Positions 34,864 to 43,518 of a stretch of DNA of 53,866 bases are shown here, piece by piece. Origin of the DNA: a virus (taxonomy: Duplodnaviria > Caudoviricetes). The translations under genes were made by a program, and so were the position numbers. Location of the stretch: IMG/VR virus record IMGVR_UViG_3300038450_000073, positions 1 to 53,866 of that record. One strand, given 5' to 3'. Every line of letters starts with the position of its first letter. Position 1 is the first letter of the stretch. A model generated the notes under the pieces. The model was not told the origin of the DNA. It ran no database searches and worked only from the letters and a program-made list of their open reading frames with translations.

Positions 34864-37800
34864 GCCTCGTCCGCGACGCCGTCAGGGGCACCCGCTACCG
34901 CCCATCGGCCGGTGAGAAGGTCGTCCAGGCCAAAGCCGTGAAGGACGCGGCGCGCACCGCGGCCTCGGCCATCGTGGCGACGCACACGGCCGACGACATC
35001 GCCTCAGGCCGGGTCAACCTCGCCGCCGTCGCCGCCGCGGCCTCGGGCGCCTACGCGCCGCGCACGACGCTCACACCCGCGGACATCGAACTGGCGCTCA
35101 TCGAGCAGGGCATCTCCTTCCAGCCCCCGCTCGGCCCGGGGACGCCCATCCGGCCGTTCCACGGCTACAACGAGCCCCCGCGGCTGGCTGATTACATCCC
35201 CGGCTCGAACATCGCCGTCGAGACGAGGTCCGGGCGCATCCCGTTCCGCACGCTGACGCAGATCGTCGAGGGCTACGACATGGCCCAAATCTGCATCAGC
35301 CACATCATCGCCGACCTGTGCTCGATGCCGCTCTTGTTCCGTGCTATCGACGGCTACGAGGGCGACGTGTCGAAGGAAATCGCCCAGGCCAAGCAGTTCT
35401 GGAAGAAGCCGGACGGGAAGCACCCCTGGCGCGTCTTCCTAACCAAGCTGCTCTACCAGCAGCTCGCCTATGACTGCGGGATGCTCTATAAGGTCCGCGA
35501 CAAGGGCGGGAAGCTGAAGGCGGTCCAGGTGCCGGACGGCCGGATGTGGGCACCGATCATCGACTACTGGGGCGAGCGCCCCGACGCACCCGCGCCGGCC
35601 TTCGCCCAGTTCGTCGAGGGCCTGCCGTGGGGCTGGACCGACGAGACGCTGGTCATCTACGAGCCGTACACGTCGCGCCCCGACGACCCTCGCTATGGCC
35701 TGGCGCCCATCGAGTGCATCCTGCTTAACGCCAATACCGACGTGCGGTTCCAGTGGCACTTCCTCAACATGTTCACGGGCGGCCAGGTGCCGGAGGGATT
35801 CGCCGAGGCACCGCCCGAGCAGTCCGACCCCGACCAGCTCAGCCTGTGGCAGGAGCTATGGGATGACTGGATGTACGGCGACCAGTCGAAGCGCTGGGGC
35901 GTTCGCTGGCTACCATTTGGGGCCAAGTTCACGAGCTACAAGCCGACGACGTTCGATGCCAAGTTCCCCGAGCACCTGATGCGGAAGACGGTGGCAGCGT
36001 TCCACCGGACGCCGCAGGACCTCGGTATCCTTGATGACGTCAACCGCGCGACCTCGGAGACGCAGGTAGACGAGCAGTTCCGCATCTCGACACGGCCCCG
36101 GACCGGGTTCATCGAGGACGTCTTCCTCGACCCGATCACCCAGGACGAGCTGGGCCTGCCGATCCACTGCTATTTCGACCTCGGCCAGGAAAAAGAGGAC
36201 CGGGTCATGGTCATGCAGGAGCAGGTCGGCTACATCAAGGCGGGCGTCATCTCCCCCGACGACGTGCGCGAGCGCATCTTGGGCCTGTCGGTCGACCCGG
36301 AGAACCGCATCCCCCGCTTCTACGACGCGGGCGGGCGGCTGGGCGCGACGCCGCTCGGTTACATCGAGGCCGTCTCCAAGTGGTTCAGCGACTGGGATCC
36401 GACGACGGGCGCGCCCATCCTCGCCCAGGTGGAGCCGCGCGAGTTCATCGTCCCCGGCGAGCTCGCCGCCGCGCCCGCCGCGACTGGGGGTGCCACGCCT
36501 GCGCTCGGTCTGCCACCTGGTCAACCGCCCGGACAATCTGGTGGACAAAATCCGCCTCGAAATCCCCTGAAACCGCCTCCGACCAGCCCCGCGGCCACGC
36601 CTGCGCCGGGCCAGGAACCGGCCCACGACGAGACCAACGTCGCGCCCCCGGCAGGCTTCACCGCGCCGCCCAAGACCGCGCCCGCGGCCAAGTCGGTCGT
36701 CGACGTCGGCGGGCTGGTCGTGAAGGCGATGGACACTGGCCGCGTGCTCATGATTCAGCGCGCCTTCACGCCCGACGACCCCGCGGCCGGCACGTTCGAG
36801 TTCCCGGGTGGTCACATGGAGGGCGACGAGACGCCGCTGCAGGCCGCGGTCCGGGAGTGGCAGGAGGAGGTCGGCGAGCCGCTGCCCGACGGCTACTTCG
36901 ACGGCTCGTGGACCAGCCCGAACGGCATCTACCGCGGGTTCGTCTACGTCATCGCCTCGGAAGCCATGCTGCACCTCAACCCGGACCCGGAGAACCGCGG
37001 CGTGCTCAACCCGGACGACCCGGACCAGGACAACATCGAGGTGGTCTGCTGGCTGGAGCCCGCGGACATCCCGGCGATGCCGAACCTGCGCGAGGAGTGC
37101 CACACCTGCGACTGGGTGGTCATCTCCCAGGCCGGGACGGTTGCCAAGTGCGAGACCGAGGGCATCACCGCGGAGACGGGCCTCACGGGCGTCGACCTCA
37201 CCGGTTTCGACGACGAGGACGATGACGACGCGGAGGAGCAGCTGCAGAAGGTGCTCGGCCAGTGGCAGTCGAACGCGCTCCTGGCGGTGCGCCGCGGGCG
37301 TAAGCCGCGCTACTTCCACGACGAGGTGATCCCGGTCGAGGTCGGCCACCGCATCTACAAGGCGCTCGCCAAGGCGAAGACCAAGGAGCAGGTGCGCGCG
37401 GTCTTCAAGGCGGCCAAAGCCGACCCAAAAGGTTCACGGTGGCCGGGCTCGGGCCTCCGCCACCGAATCCCCCAGGCGTACGCGCCGAAGATCGCCGAGG
37501 CGCTGCGGGCGGGGACGAAGGGGATCGACGCCGCGGTGGCCTCTATGGTGACGAGGGCTACCAAGGCTTCACCCCCTACACCCCCGACGAGCGGGCCCAG
37601 CGAGGCGCGGGCCGCGGTCGAGGCGAACGTCTCGATTGACGCCGACCGCACGGGCGCGGTCTTCGCCCAGATGTACGCCGACGCCTACGGGGGCGGGGTC
37701 AAGGCCGCACGCGCCGCGCTGGGCGTGGACGCGCGCGCCCCGTCGTGGCTCTCCGGCGACATGCTGACGACCGTCTCGCGTGACTGGGAGGCGTGGACGC

Positions 37801-38252
37801 CGGGCTGGTCCGACGCGGCGCTGCAGGACGCCGGGGGCGGGCTGGCGACGCTCCTCGACGCGCGGGGCATCACCATCCAGGGCATCACCTCATCGGCGAT
37901 GGACCGCATCGGCACCGCGCTCGCCGACGGCATCGCCGCGGGCGACGCGCCCGCCACCATCGCCCAGGCCATGTCGGACGTCATCGCCGACCCGCAGCGG
38001 GCGTTCACCATCGCGGATACTGAGTGCGCCCGGTCATTTACAGCGGCGAGCATCGACACCTACACCGAGAATGGCGTGGCCGAGGTGGACCTGCTCACGT
38101 TCGACCCCTGCGAGGAGTGCGAGGAGATCGAGGACTCGAACCCCTACCCGATTGACGACGCGCCTGACGTGCCGATCCATCCCAACTGCCGCTGCGCGCT
38201 TGCCCCGGCGAACATCCCCGGCGCGCCATCGACCGAGGAGGGCGGCGAATGA
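34860..38252 (+). CDS. portal protein fused to Nudix hydrolase and MuF (minor head) domains
   Basis: Portal core (YGLAPIE...G.VPEG...AF...PQDLG...VNRATSE...SPDDVRE), Nudix box GGHMEGDETPLQAAVREWQEEVG, MuF RA.TIA.TE...C..C...P.HPNCRC. Confidence 0.9.
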   Translation: MSLVRDAVRGTRYRPSAGEKVVQAKAVKDAARTAASAIVATHTADDIASGRVNLAAVAAAASGAYAPRTTLTPADIELALIEQGISFQPPLGPGTPIRPFHGYNEPPRLADYIPGSNIAVETRSGRIPFRTLTQIVEGYDMAQICISHIIADLCSMPLLFRAIDGYEGDVSKEIAQAKQFWKKPDGKHPWRVFLTKLLYQQLAYDCGMLYKVRDKGGKLKAVQVPDGRMWAPIIDYWGERPDAPAPAFAQFVEGLPWGWTDETLVIYEPYTSRPDDPRYGLAPIECILLNANTDVRFQWHFLNMFTGGQVPEGFAEAPPEQSDPDQLSLWQELWDDWMYGDQSKRWGVRWLPFGAKFTSYKPTTFDAKFPEHLMRKTVAAFHRTPQDLGILDDVNRATSETQVDEQFRISTRPRTGFIEDVFLDPITQDELGLPIHCYFDLGQEKEDRVMVMQEQVGYIKAGVISPDDVRERILGLSVDPENRIPRFYDAGGRLGATPLGYIEAVSKWFSDWDPTTGAPILAQVEPREFIVPGELAAAPAATGGATPALGLPPGQPPGQSGGQNPPRNPLKPPPTSPAATPAPGQEPAHDETNVAPPAGFTAPPKTAPAAKSVVDVGGLVVKAMDTGRVLMIQRAFTPDDPAAGTFEFPGGHMEGDETPLQAAVREWQEEVGEPLPDGYFDGSWTSPNGIYRGFVYVIASEAMLHLNPDPENRGVLNPDDPDQDNIEVVCWLEPADIPAMPNLREECHTCDWVVISQAGTVAKCETEGITAETGLTGVDLTGFDDEDDDDAEEQLQKVLGQWQSNALLAVRRGRKPRYFHDEVIPVEVGHRIYKALAKAKTKEQVRAVFKAAKADPKGSRWPGSGLRHRIPQAYAPKIAEALRAGTKGIDAAVASMVTRATKASPPTPPTSGPSEARAAVEANVSIDADRTGAVFAQMYADAYGGGVKAARAALGVDARAPSWLSGDMLTTVSRDWEAWTPGWSDAALQDAGGGLATLLDARGITIQGITSSAMDRIGTALADGIAAGDAPATIAQAMSDVIADPQRAFTIADTECARSFTAASIDTYTENGVAEVDLLTFDPCEECEEIEDSNPYPIDDAPDVPIHPNCRCALAPANIPGAPSTEEGGE

Positions 38253-38444
38253 GCCGCGCCTCGCGTCGCACGCCCCCCGTCGAGCACCGCGGGCGCGTCA
38301 CCGTCCGCGCCATCCCGCAGGCGTCGGGCGCGCCGTCGGCCACGGCCGCGATGCGCGCCAAGGCGGAGCAGGCACGCAGGCGCGGTATCCGCGACTTGCT
38401 GGCGCGGTCGCGTAACCTGGCGGAGACAGGAAGGGGTGAGGCGG

Positions 38445-38768
38445 ATGCCTGACGAGGAACGGGCGGCGCTGCTCGCCCAGCTACGCGACGCGAACGACGA
38501 GCGGGCGCGGACGATGCGCGCCGAGACGGGCAAGGCCCTGGCGGGCATGTCGAACGTCTACATCGTGGCGCTCTTGGAGCAGCTGCTGGGCGGTCCGGGC
38601 TCACTAGCCCACGTCGAGGCGTGCGTCCTCTACGAGGAACGCCGCGCCGAGGCGCTGGACCAGATCGAGCCCCAGGCGCGCCAGATGCACGACGCCGAGG
38701 TCGAAGCGGCGAAGGAGATGGCAAGGAACCGGGCGGGCCCGCGGCTCGTCGTACCAGGGAGGAACTGA
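38445..38768 (+). CDS. hypothetical helical protein
   Basis: SD and codon pattern. A small ORF 38249..38452 precedes it. Confidence 0.55.
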   Translation: MPDEERAALLAQLRDANDERARTMRAETGKALAGMSNVYIVALLEQLLGGPGSLAHVEACVLYEERRAEALDQIEPQARQMHDAEVEAAKEMARNRAGPRLVVPGRN

Positions 38769-38770
38769 CC

Positions 38771-39310
38771 GTGGCCATCCAATTCACGGACATCACCAGC
38801 TTGCAGGTACTACTGGCGCCAGAGCAGGGGGCCGAGATTCACGCCACGGTGCTGACTGAGCTCGCCCTGATCAAAGCGGACGGGGCCTCGCTCTACTCGT
38901 CGCAGTACTCGTTCACCTGCGAGGACATCGCCCAGGCGATGAACGCGTGCTGGCTCGCCAACCCCAAGGGCGTCGGTATCTTCGACGCGTCGTGCTACCA
39001 CGATGACAGGCTTGACAAAACCTGCGTCGGCATCGCGACCGCGGGCATCGCCGCGGCGCGGTGGGCCGTCGGGTCGATGCCGGGCAACGAGATCGTCCAC
39101 GACAAGCTCTACTGCTCGCCTGAGCTGGGCCTCGTCTTCACCGGCTCTTATAACTTGTCCAGCTCGGCGTCGAAAGAGGCGAATAACGCCTTGTTCATCA
39201 CGTCGAAGTCGATGGCCGCCTTCTTCGCCGCGGAGATCGAGAAGAACCTGGTCATCGTCCGCGCCAACCCAGGACTGTCGGTCGCGACACCCGAGAAGCC
39301 GAGCTACTAG
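38771..39310 (+). CDS. phospholipase D-superfamily (HKD) nuclease-like protein
   Basis: YSFT...HDK......VFTGSYNLS.SA...NN. Confidence 0.8.
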   Translation: MAIQFTDITSLQVLLAPEQGAEIHATVLTELALIKADGASLYSSQYSFTCEDIAQAMNACWLANPKGVGIFDASCYHDDRLDKTCVGIATAGIAAARWAVGSMPGNEIVHDKLYCSPELGLVFTGSYNLSSSASKEANNALFITSKSMAAFFAAEIEKNLVIVRANPGLSVATPEKPSY

Positions 39311-39556
39311 ATGGCCAAGAAGAAGCGCGTCACGGTGGAGTGGACGGACAGCACTGGTCCGCCTGGTGGCAGAACTACGGTCTGGACTGACCTTGCCAAT
39401 TACGACTCGGCTCCCAGCAAGATCGTGACGAGCGGCTACATCGTCAAAGAGAAGCACGGCTACATCGTGGTCGCGTCTTCAATTTCGAGCACTGGACACG
39501 TCGCGGGCCTTATGACCATCCCCAAGAGCGCGATCACGAAACTGCGGAAACGCTGA
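39311..39556 (+). CDS. hypothetical phage protein
   Basis: V.VEW.DS...SGY......IP...I pattern, lower GC. Confidence 0.6.
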   Translation: MAKKKRVTVEWTDSTGPPGGRTTVWTDLANYDSAPSKIVTSGYIVKEKHGYIVVASSISSTGHVAGLMTIPKSAITKLRKR

Positions 39557-39759
39557 TGGCCTCCGCCAAGCGCATCGACCCCGAGGACACGGTTGACAAC
39601 GTCATCTTCGGCATCGTCAAGCTGCAGAAGGAGGGCTGGGCGCTAGTGAGCCTGTCACTCGACTTTGCCTACCAGGAGCCCCAGCCCGCCGGCCAGAAGC
39701 CGAAGAAGCACAAGCTGCCCGTCGAGGCCACGATGGTCGTCCGGCTCCGGCCCGCCTGA
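39556..39759 (+). CDS. small hypothetical protein
   Basis: TGATG coupling. Confidence 0.5.
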   Translation: MASAKRIDPEDTVDNVIFGIVKLQKEGWALVSLSLDFAYQEPQPAGQKPKKHKLPVEATMVVRLRPA

Positions 39760-39916
39760 TGCCGCGCCGCAGCGGGTCGTCGCGTTGGAGGCGCCTGTCG
39801 TGGTGGCCGCCCAGACGCCGCGGCTCTGGCGCGCACGGGCACCAGCAGTGGCAGCTCTCGCGCCGCAAGCCACGGGAGAACCGCGTGCCGGTCGTGCGGA
39901 AGGCGGTGGAGCGGTA

Positions 39917-40279
39917 ATGCCCGTCGCCTGCTTCGACCTCGACGGCACGCTGGACAGCTACGTCCCGACGTTCGTCCCGCTGCTCGGCGCGATGAAGAAG
40001 GCCGGGAACTGGCACATCGTCGTGCTCACTGGCGACGAGCAGGACACCGTCACCGCGGAGAACATCGCCCAGAAGCAGGAGTACCTGGCCGAGCTGGGCT
40101 ACGGCGCGTTATACGACGAGGTGACCATCGTCGCCAAGCCGACAGCATCGAACAAGGCGCTCTACATCGCGGACAACCACGTCGTGCTGTTCGTGGACAA
40201 CAGAGCCAAGAACCTGAAGGCCGCGCTGGACGCCGCGCCGGGGTGCCTGTGCCTGTTGCCGTGGGCGACGCGGGAGTGA
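39917..40279 (+). CDS. HAD-superfamily phosphatase-like protein
   Basis: FDLDGTL, VLTG, K...LFVDN motifs. Confidence 0.75.
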   Translation: MPVACFDLDGTLDSYVPTFVPLLGAMKKAGNWHIVVLTGDEQDTVTAENIAQKQEYLAELGYGALYDEVTIVAKPTASNKALYIADNHVVLFVDNRAKNLKAALDAAPGCLCLLPWATRE

Positions 40280-40283
40280 AATG

Positions 40284-40297
40284 CCTAGACGTCTAGG
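40284..40297. promoter_or_regulatory. 14-bp palindromic site CCTAGACGTCTAGG
   Basis: Perfect copy between convergent genes, supplies the stop of 40293..40613. Confidence 0.8.
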
Positions 40298-40613
40298 ATT
40301 TTGGCGGTGCCAGATAGCGATTCCCGAACTCGTGCGCCTCAGCTGGCAGGGTGGTGTTGAACGCGCCGTTGTTGTTCTCGTCCTCCACCCACGCCCATTC
40401 CTGCGGGCGGTAGGAGTGATGGGGTGGCTTGCTCATGTCGCCATAGACGTACAGCGTCCCATCTGGGTCGACCGCAAAGCTGGAGTCGCCGTGACGTGCG
40501 AAAAAGCCGTGGTCAGGGACGAACTCGTAGCCAAGCGGGTCTTCCGGCGTTGCCGCGGGGTCCAGAACTCGGACGCTGATCTCGCTGCCGACGTGACCAT
40601 GCAGGATTTTCAT
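40293..40613 (-). CDS. hypothetical protein (opposite-strand moron)
   Basis: SD ggaggg upstream on the minus strand. Confidence 0.55.
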   Translation of the reverse strand: MKILHGHVGSEISVRVLDPAATPEDPLGYEFVPDHGFFARHGDSSFAVDPDGTLYVYGDMSKPPHHSYRPQEWAWVEDENNNGAFNTTLPAEAHEFGNRYLAPPKS

Positions 40614-40694
40614 GGTGTTCCCTCCGTTGGTTTACCTTCCGACGCGCGCCACCCTACACCTGCGCTGTATCAGTGTGGTCCGGTGTCTGACTCC

Positions 40695-40736
40695 CGCGTG
40701 AATCCCACGCGTGACGTTCGATGGTGCGTAGACTCG
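40695..40736 (+). promoter_or_regulatory. putative late promoter (second copy of the 3298-3339 motif)
   Basis: Same two blocks and same 12-nt spacer, upstream of the head genes. Confidence 0.6.
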
Positions 40737-40786
40737 CCCCAAGCGAGCGATGAGGTGAAGGTGGTGACCCGGCAAGGAGCGCGAGC

Positions 40787-41146
40787 GTGAGCGACGGGCG
40801 CGCGGAGCGCGCGCACCAGGTCGCCCAGCCGTTCCTTACCTCGCTGGACCGGCACCGCCGCCGCGAAGTCCTCGACAGTGCCCGGCAACTGCTCCGCGAG
40901 CACGGCCCGGAAGGGCTGCTCAGCGACCCTGGGGCTGTGCCCAAGATGACCCGCGCCCAGGTCCGCCAGATGTACCGGGCGATGGGCTGGCGGGGGAGCA
41001 AGGCGCACCGGCACAACCTCGACCGCCAACGCAAGCGCGTGGCGCAGGCCCTCGCCCTCGACCAGGCGCTCACCGCGGCCGACGCCGAGGCGCGCATGGG
41101 GCCAATCGAGCACGCGCGCTATCGCATCAGGGAGGCCGTCTCGTGA
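40787..41146 (+). CDS. hypothetical protein
   Basis: SD aaggag. Confidence 0.55.
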   Translation: MSDGRAERAHQVAQPFLTSLDRHRRREVLDSARQLLREHGPEGLLSDPGAVPKMTRAQVRQMYRAMGWRGSKAHRHNLDRQRKRVAQALALDQALTAADAEARMGPIEHARYRIREAVS

Positions 41147-41670
41147 GCGGCCGCGCTGTAGTCATCGAGAGCCCGAGCGACGAGGTGCTGGCGAAGCTGC
41201 TCGAATCACCTGCCGCGTCCCCGCCGACGTTGCCACCGCACATTGAGGCGTCCCAGCCTGGCACGGTCATAAAAGCGCAGGCTGCCGACCGATTTCTCCT
41301 GGTCGTTGCGTACCCAGCGATGAAGGCCGACGTGGGGGTGGCCAAGGACGGGTTCCGCGATTTCGCCCGTGCTGATGCCGTCGAGAAGGCGTGCTGGGCC
41401 TTCGCCCGTCACGGCCTGCAGCTCGGGCTGTGGCATGAGAAGGGCCACGAGGATTGCGGCGAGGTGGTCGAGAACTGCATCTACCGCGGCCCGGACTTTA
41501 CGGAGAACGGCCAGTCGATTTGTAAGGGCGACTGGCTGGTCGGCTCCATTCTCTCCCCTTACGCCTGGGAGATGTTCGAGAAGGGCCTGATCGGAGGGGC
41601 CAGCATCGAGGGGCCGTGTCGCCGGAACCTCACCCCGCCGCCCGAAGTGCTCGCGTCGCTGAGGAGCTGA
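41143..41670 (+). CDS. XkdF-like prohead serine protease
   Basis: AYP....D...D.....VEKA.W.F......LWH......GEVVE..I......KGDWL.G......W.....G.I.G.SIEG. Confidence 0.75.
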   Translation: MSGRAVVIESPSDEVLAKLLESPAASPPTLPPHIEASQPGTVIKAQAADRFLLVVAYPAMKADVGVAKDGFRDFARADAVEKACWAFARHGLQLGLWHEKGHEDCGEVVENCIYRGPDFTENGQSICKGDWLVGSILSPYAWEMFEKGLIGGASIEGPCRRNLTPPPEVLASLRS

Positions 41671-41671
41671 G

Positions 41672-43450
41672 ATGACCACGGAAATCTCCGAACTCGAAGA
41701 CCTGGACGTGCACACGCTCCACTTTGTCAAGGCTGGGGCCAACGGCTTCCGCGAACTGCTCGCCAAGGCCGAGGGTGACACCCCGTGCCCGACGTGCGGA
41801 GGGAAGAAGACGATTCTCCAGGGCAACCGGAAGTGCCCGGACTGCGCCGGGACCGGGAACGCGACGACCGTTGAGAAGGCGCTGGCCTGCGAGTGCGACG
41901 CCTGCCTGGTGCTCTCGACGCTCCAGAAGGCGCTCGTCGCGGGCGACGACGGCGAGATCGCCAAGGCCGAGCTGTCGAGCGCCAAGATCAACGACCTGCC
42001 GGACAGCGCATTCGCGTACATCGAGGGCGGCGGCAAGAAGGACGACGAGGGCAAGACCACCCCGCGCTCGCTGCGCCACTTCCCCGTCCACGACGAGGCG
42101 CACGCCCGCAACGCGCTCGCCCGCGCGCCCCAGTCGCCGTTCGGCCCCAAGGCGATGCCGAAGATTCGCGCCGCCTGCCACAAGTTCGGCATCGAGATTT
42201 CCGACGAGGCCGACAAGGGCCTCACCATCAAGGACGGGGGCGCCATCGTCTCGGCGCTCAACCAGGCGGGCAGCTCGGGGCCGTACCCTGGCTCGCCTGA
42301 GTGGGAGGCGCAGGACGCGCAGATTCTCATCGACGCCGGCACGTCCCTCGCGGACGCCGGTCGCAAGCTGCAGCAGGTTCTCGACAGGGAACAGACAGAG
42401 GTCGCGGTCGGAGGCAAGCCCCACGACGTGGAGGATGTCTTCGACCTCGAAGACGCGCTCAGCGCGTTGGACGCAGTGCTCGGCATCACAGCACGGATGG
42501 CTTTCACGGAGCAAGCCGAAGGCCAGGCCGCGGGCGTGTCGAAGGCTGGACGGAGGTTGTCGGGCGTGTCGGTCGACAAGGTCGTCGCGGCACGGACAGC
42601 GGCCGACCAGTTGCGTACTCACCTAACCGACTTGCTCGGTCCGGACGATCCGGCCGCGGCGGGCGGTAAGACCGCCACGAAAGGGGCGTTCGACATGGAA
42701 ATGACCCAAGAGCAGTTCGACGCGGCTGTGACCGCCAAGGCCGGAGAGGTCGCCGCCAAGGCGATTGCCGACCACGAGGCGGAGAAGGCCAAGGTCGAAG
42801 CGGATGCCGTGAAGGCGGCAGCCGACGAGAAGGCCGCGAAGAAGGCGGCCAAGAAGGCGAAGCAAGAGAAGCGGGCAACCAAGGTCGCGGCGGCAGCCAA
42901 GGCCGAGGCGGACCGCAGGGCGACGATGAGCGACACCGAGCGGGTGGCGGACGACGCGGCGAAGGCCGAGGCCGACAAGGCCAAGGCGGACGCGGCGATG
43001 CTCCGTACCCTCGCCAAGCTCGTCGCCAAGAAGGGTGACGCCGACGCGCTCATCCGGGCGGCCAAGGCCGTCCAGAGGGGCGAAGCTCCCGACGAGACGC
43101 GGAAGGAAATCGCAGAGCTCCGCGCGACGGTCGAGAAGGTTGCCGGCGAGGTCCCCCACTCCGGGAGGTTCCCACTCAGCCCCGGAGCAGGCACGGACGC
43201 AGCCGCGGCAGCGTTGAAGGCGTTGGCGGGGTTCACCCGCGGTGACGGCATCGGCGGGGAGACCCAGGAAGCCGTCGCCAAGAGCTTCGACGACCGCATC
43301 GAAGCGGCCGTGAAGGCTGGCAACGACATGGAGGCCGACTGGCTCCGTGCCGAGAAGGCCCGCATCATCATGACCAGGGCCGAGATCGGCCGCGGTTTCC
43401 CGACGGACGGCGGACCCGAGAAGGTCCCGTCCCCGGCGGTGCCGCGGTAG
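41672..43450 (+). CDS. scaffold/head assembly protein with Zn-finger and DUF6582-like domain
   Basis: N-terminal EL.D......FV..GANG, CPTC/CPDC, DLPDSAFA...RHFP.HD.AH.RNALAR, Ala/Lys-rich coil. Directly before the capsid gene. Confidence 0.7.
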   Translation: MTTEISELEDLDVHTLHFVKAGANGFRELLAKAEGDTPCPTCGGKKTILQGNRKCPDCAGTGNATTVEKALACECDACLVLSTLQKALVAGDDGEIAKAELSSAKINDLPDSAFAYIEGGGKKDDEGKTTPRSLRHFPVHDEAHARNALARAPQSPFGPKAMPKIRAACHKFGIEISDEADKGLTIKDGGAIVSALNQAGSSGPYPGSPEWEAQDAQILIDAGTSLADAGRKLQQVLDREQTEVAVGGKPHDVEDVFDLEDALSALDAVLGITARMAFTEQAEGQAAGVSKAGRRLSGVSVDKVVAARTAADQLRTHLTDLLGPDDPAAAGGKTATKGAFDMEMTQEQFDAAVTAKAGEVAAKAIADHEAEKAKVEADAVKAAADEKAAKKAAKKAKQEKRATKVAAAAKAEADRRATMSDTERVADDAAKAEADKAKADAAMLRTLAKLVAKKGDADALIRAAKAVQRGEAPDETRKEIAELRATVEKVAGEVPHSGRFPLSPGAGTDAAAAALKALAGFTRGDGIGGETQEAVAKSFDDRIEAAVKAGNDMEADWLRAEKARIIMTRAEIGRGFPTDGGPEKVPSPAVPR

Positions 43451-43518
43451 CAACACCCACAGAAGGCGCGCGCGATCCCGCGCGTGCCCGGACATCGACG
43501 TAAGGAGCACAACCCAAG

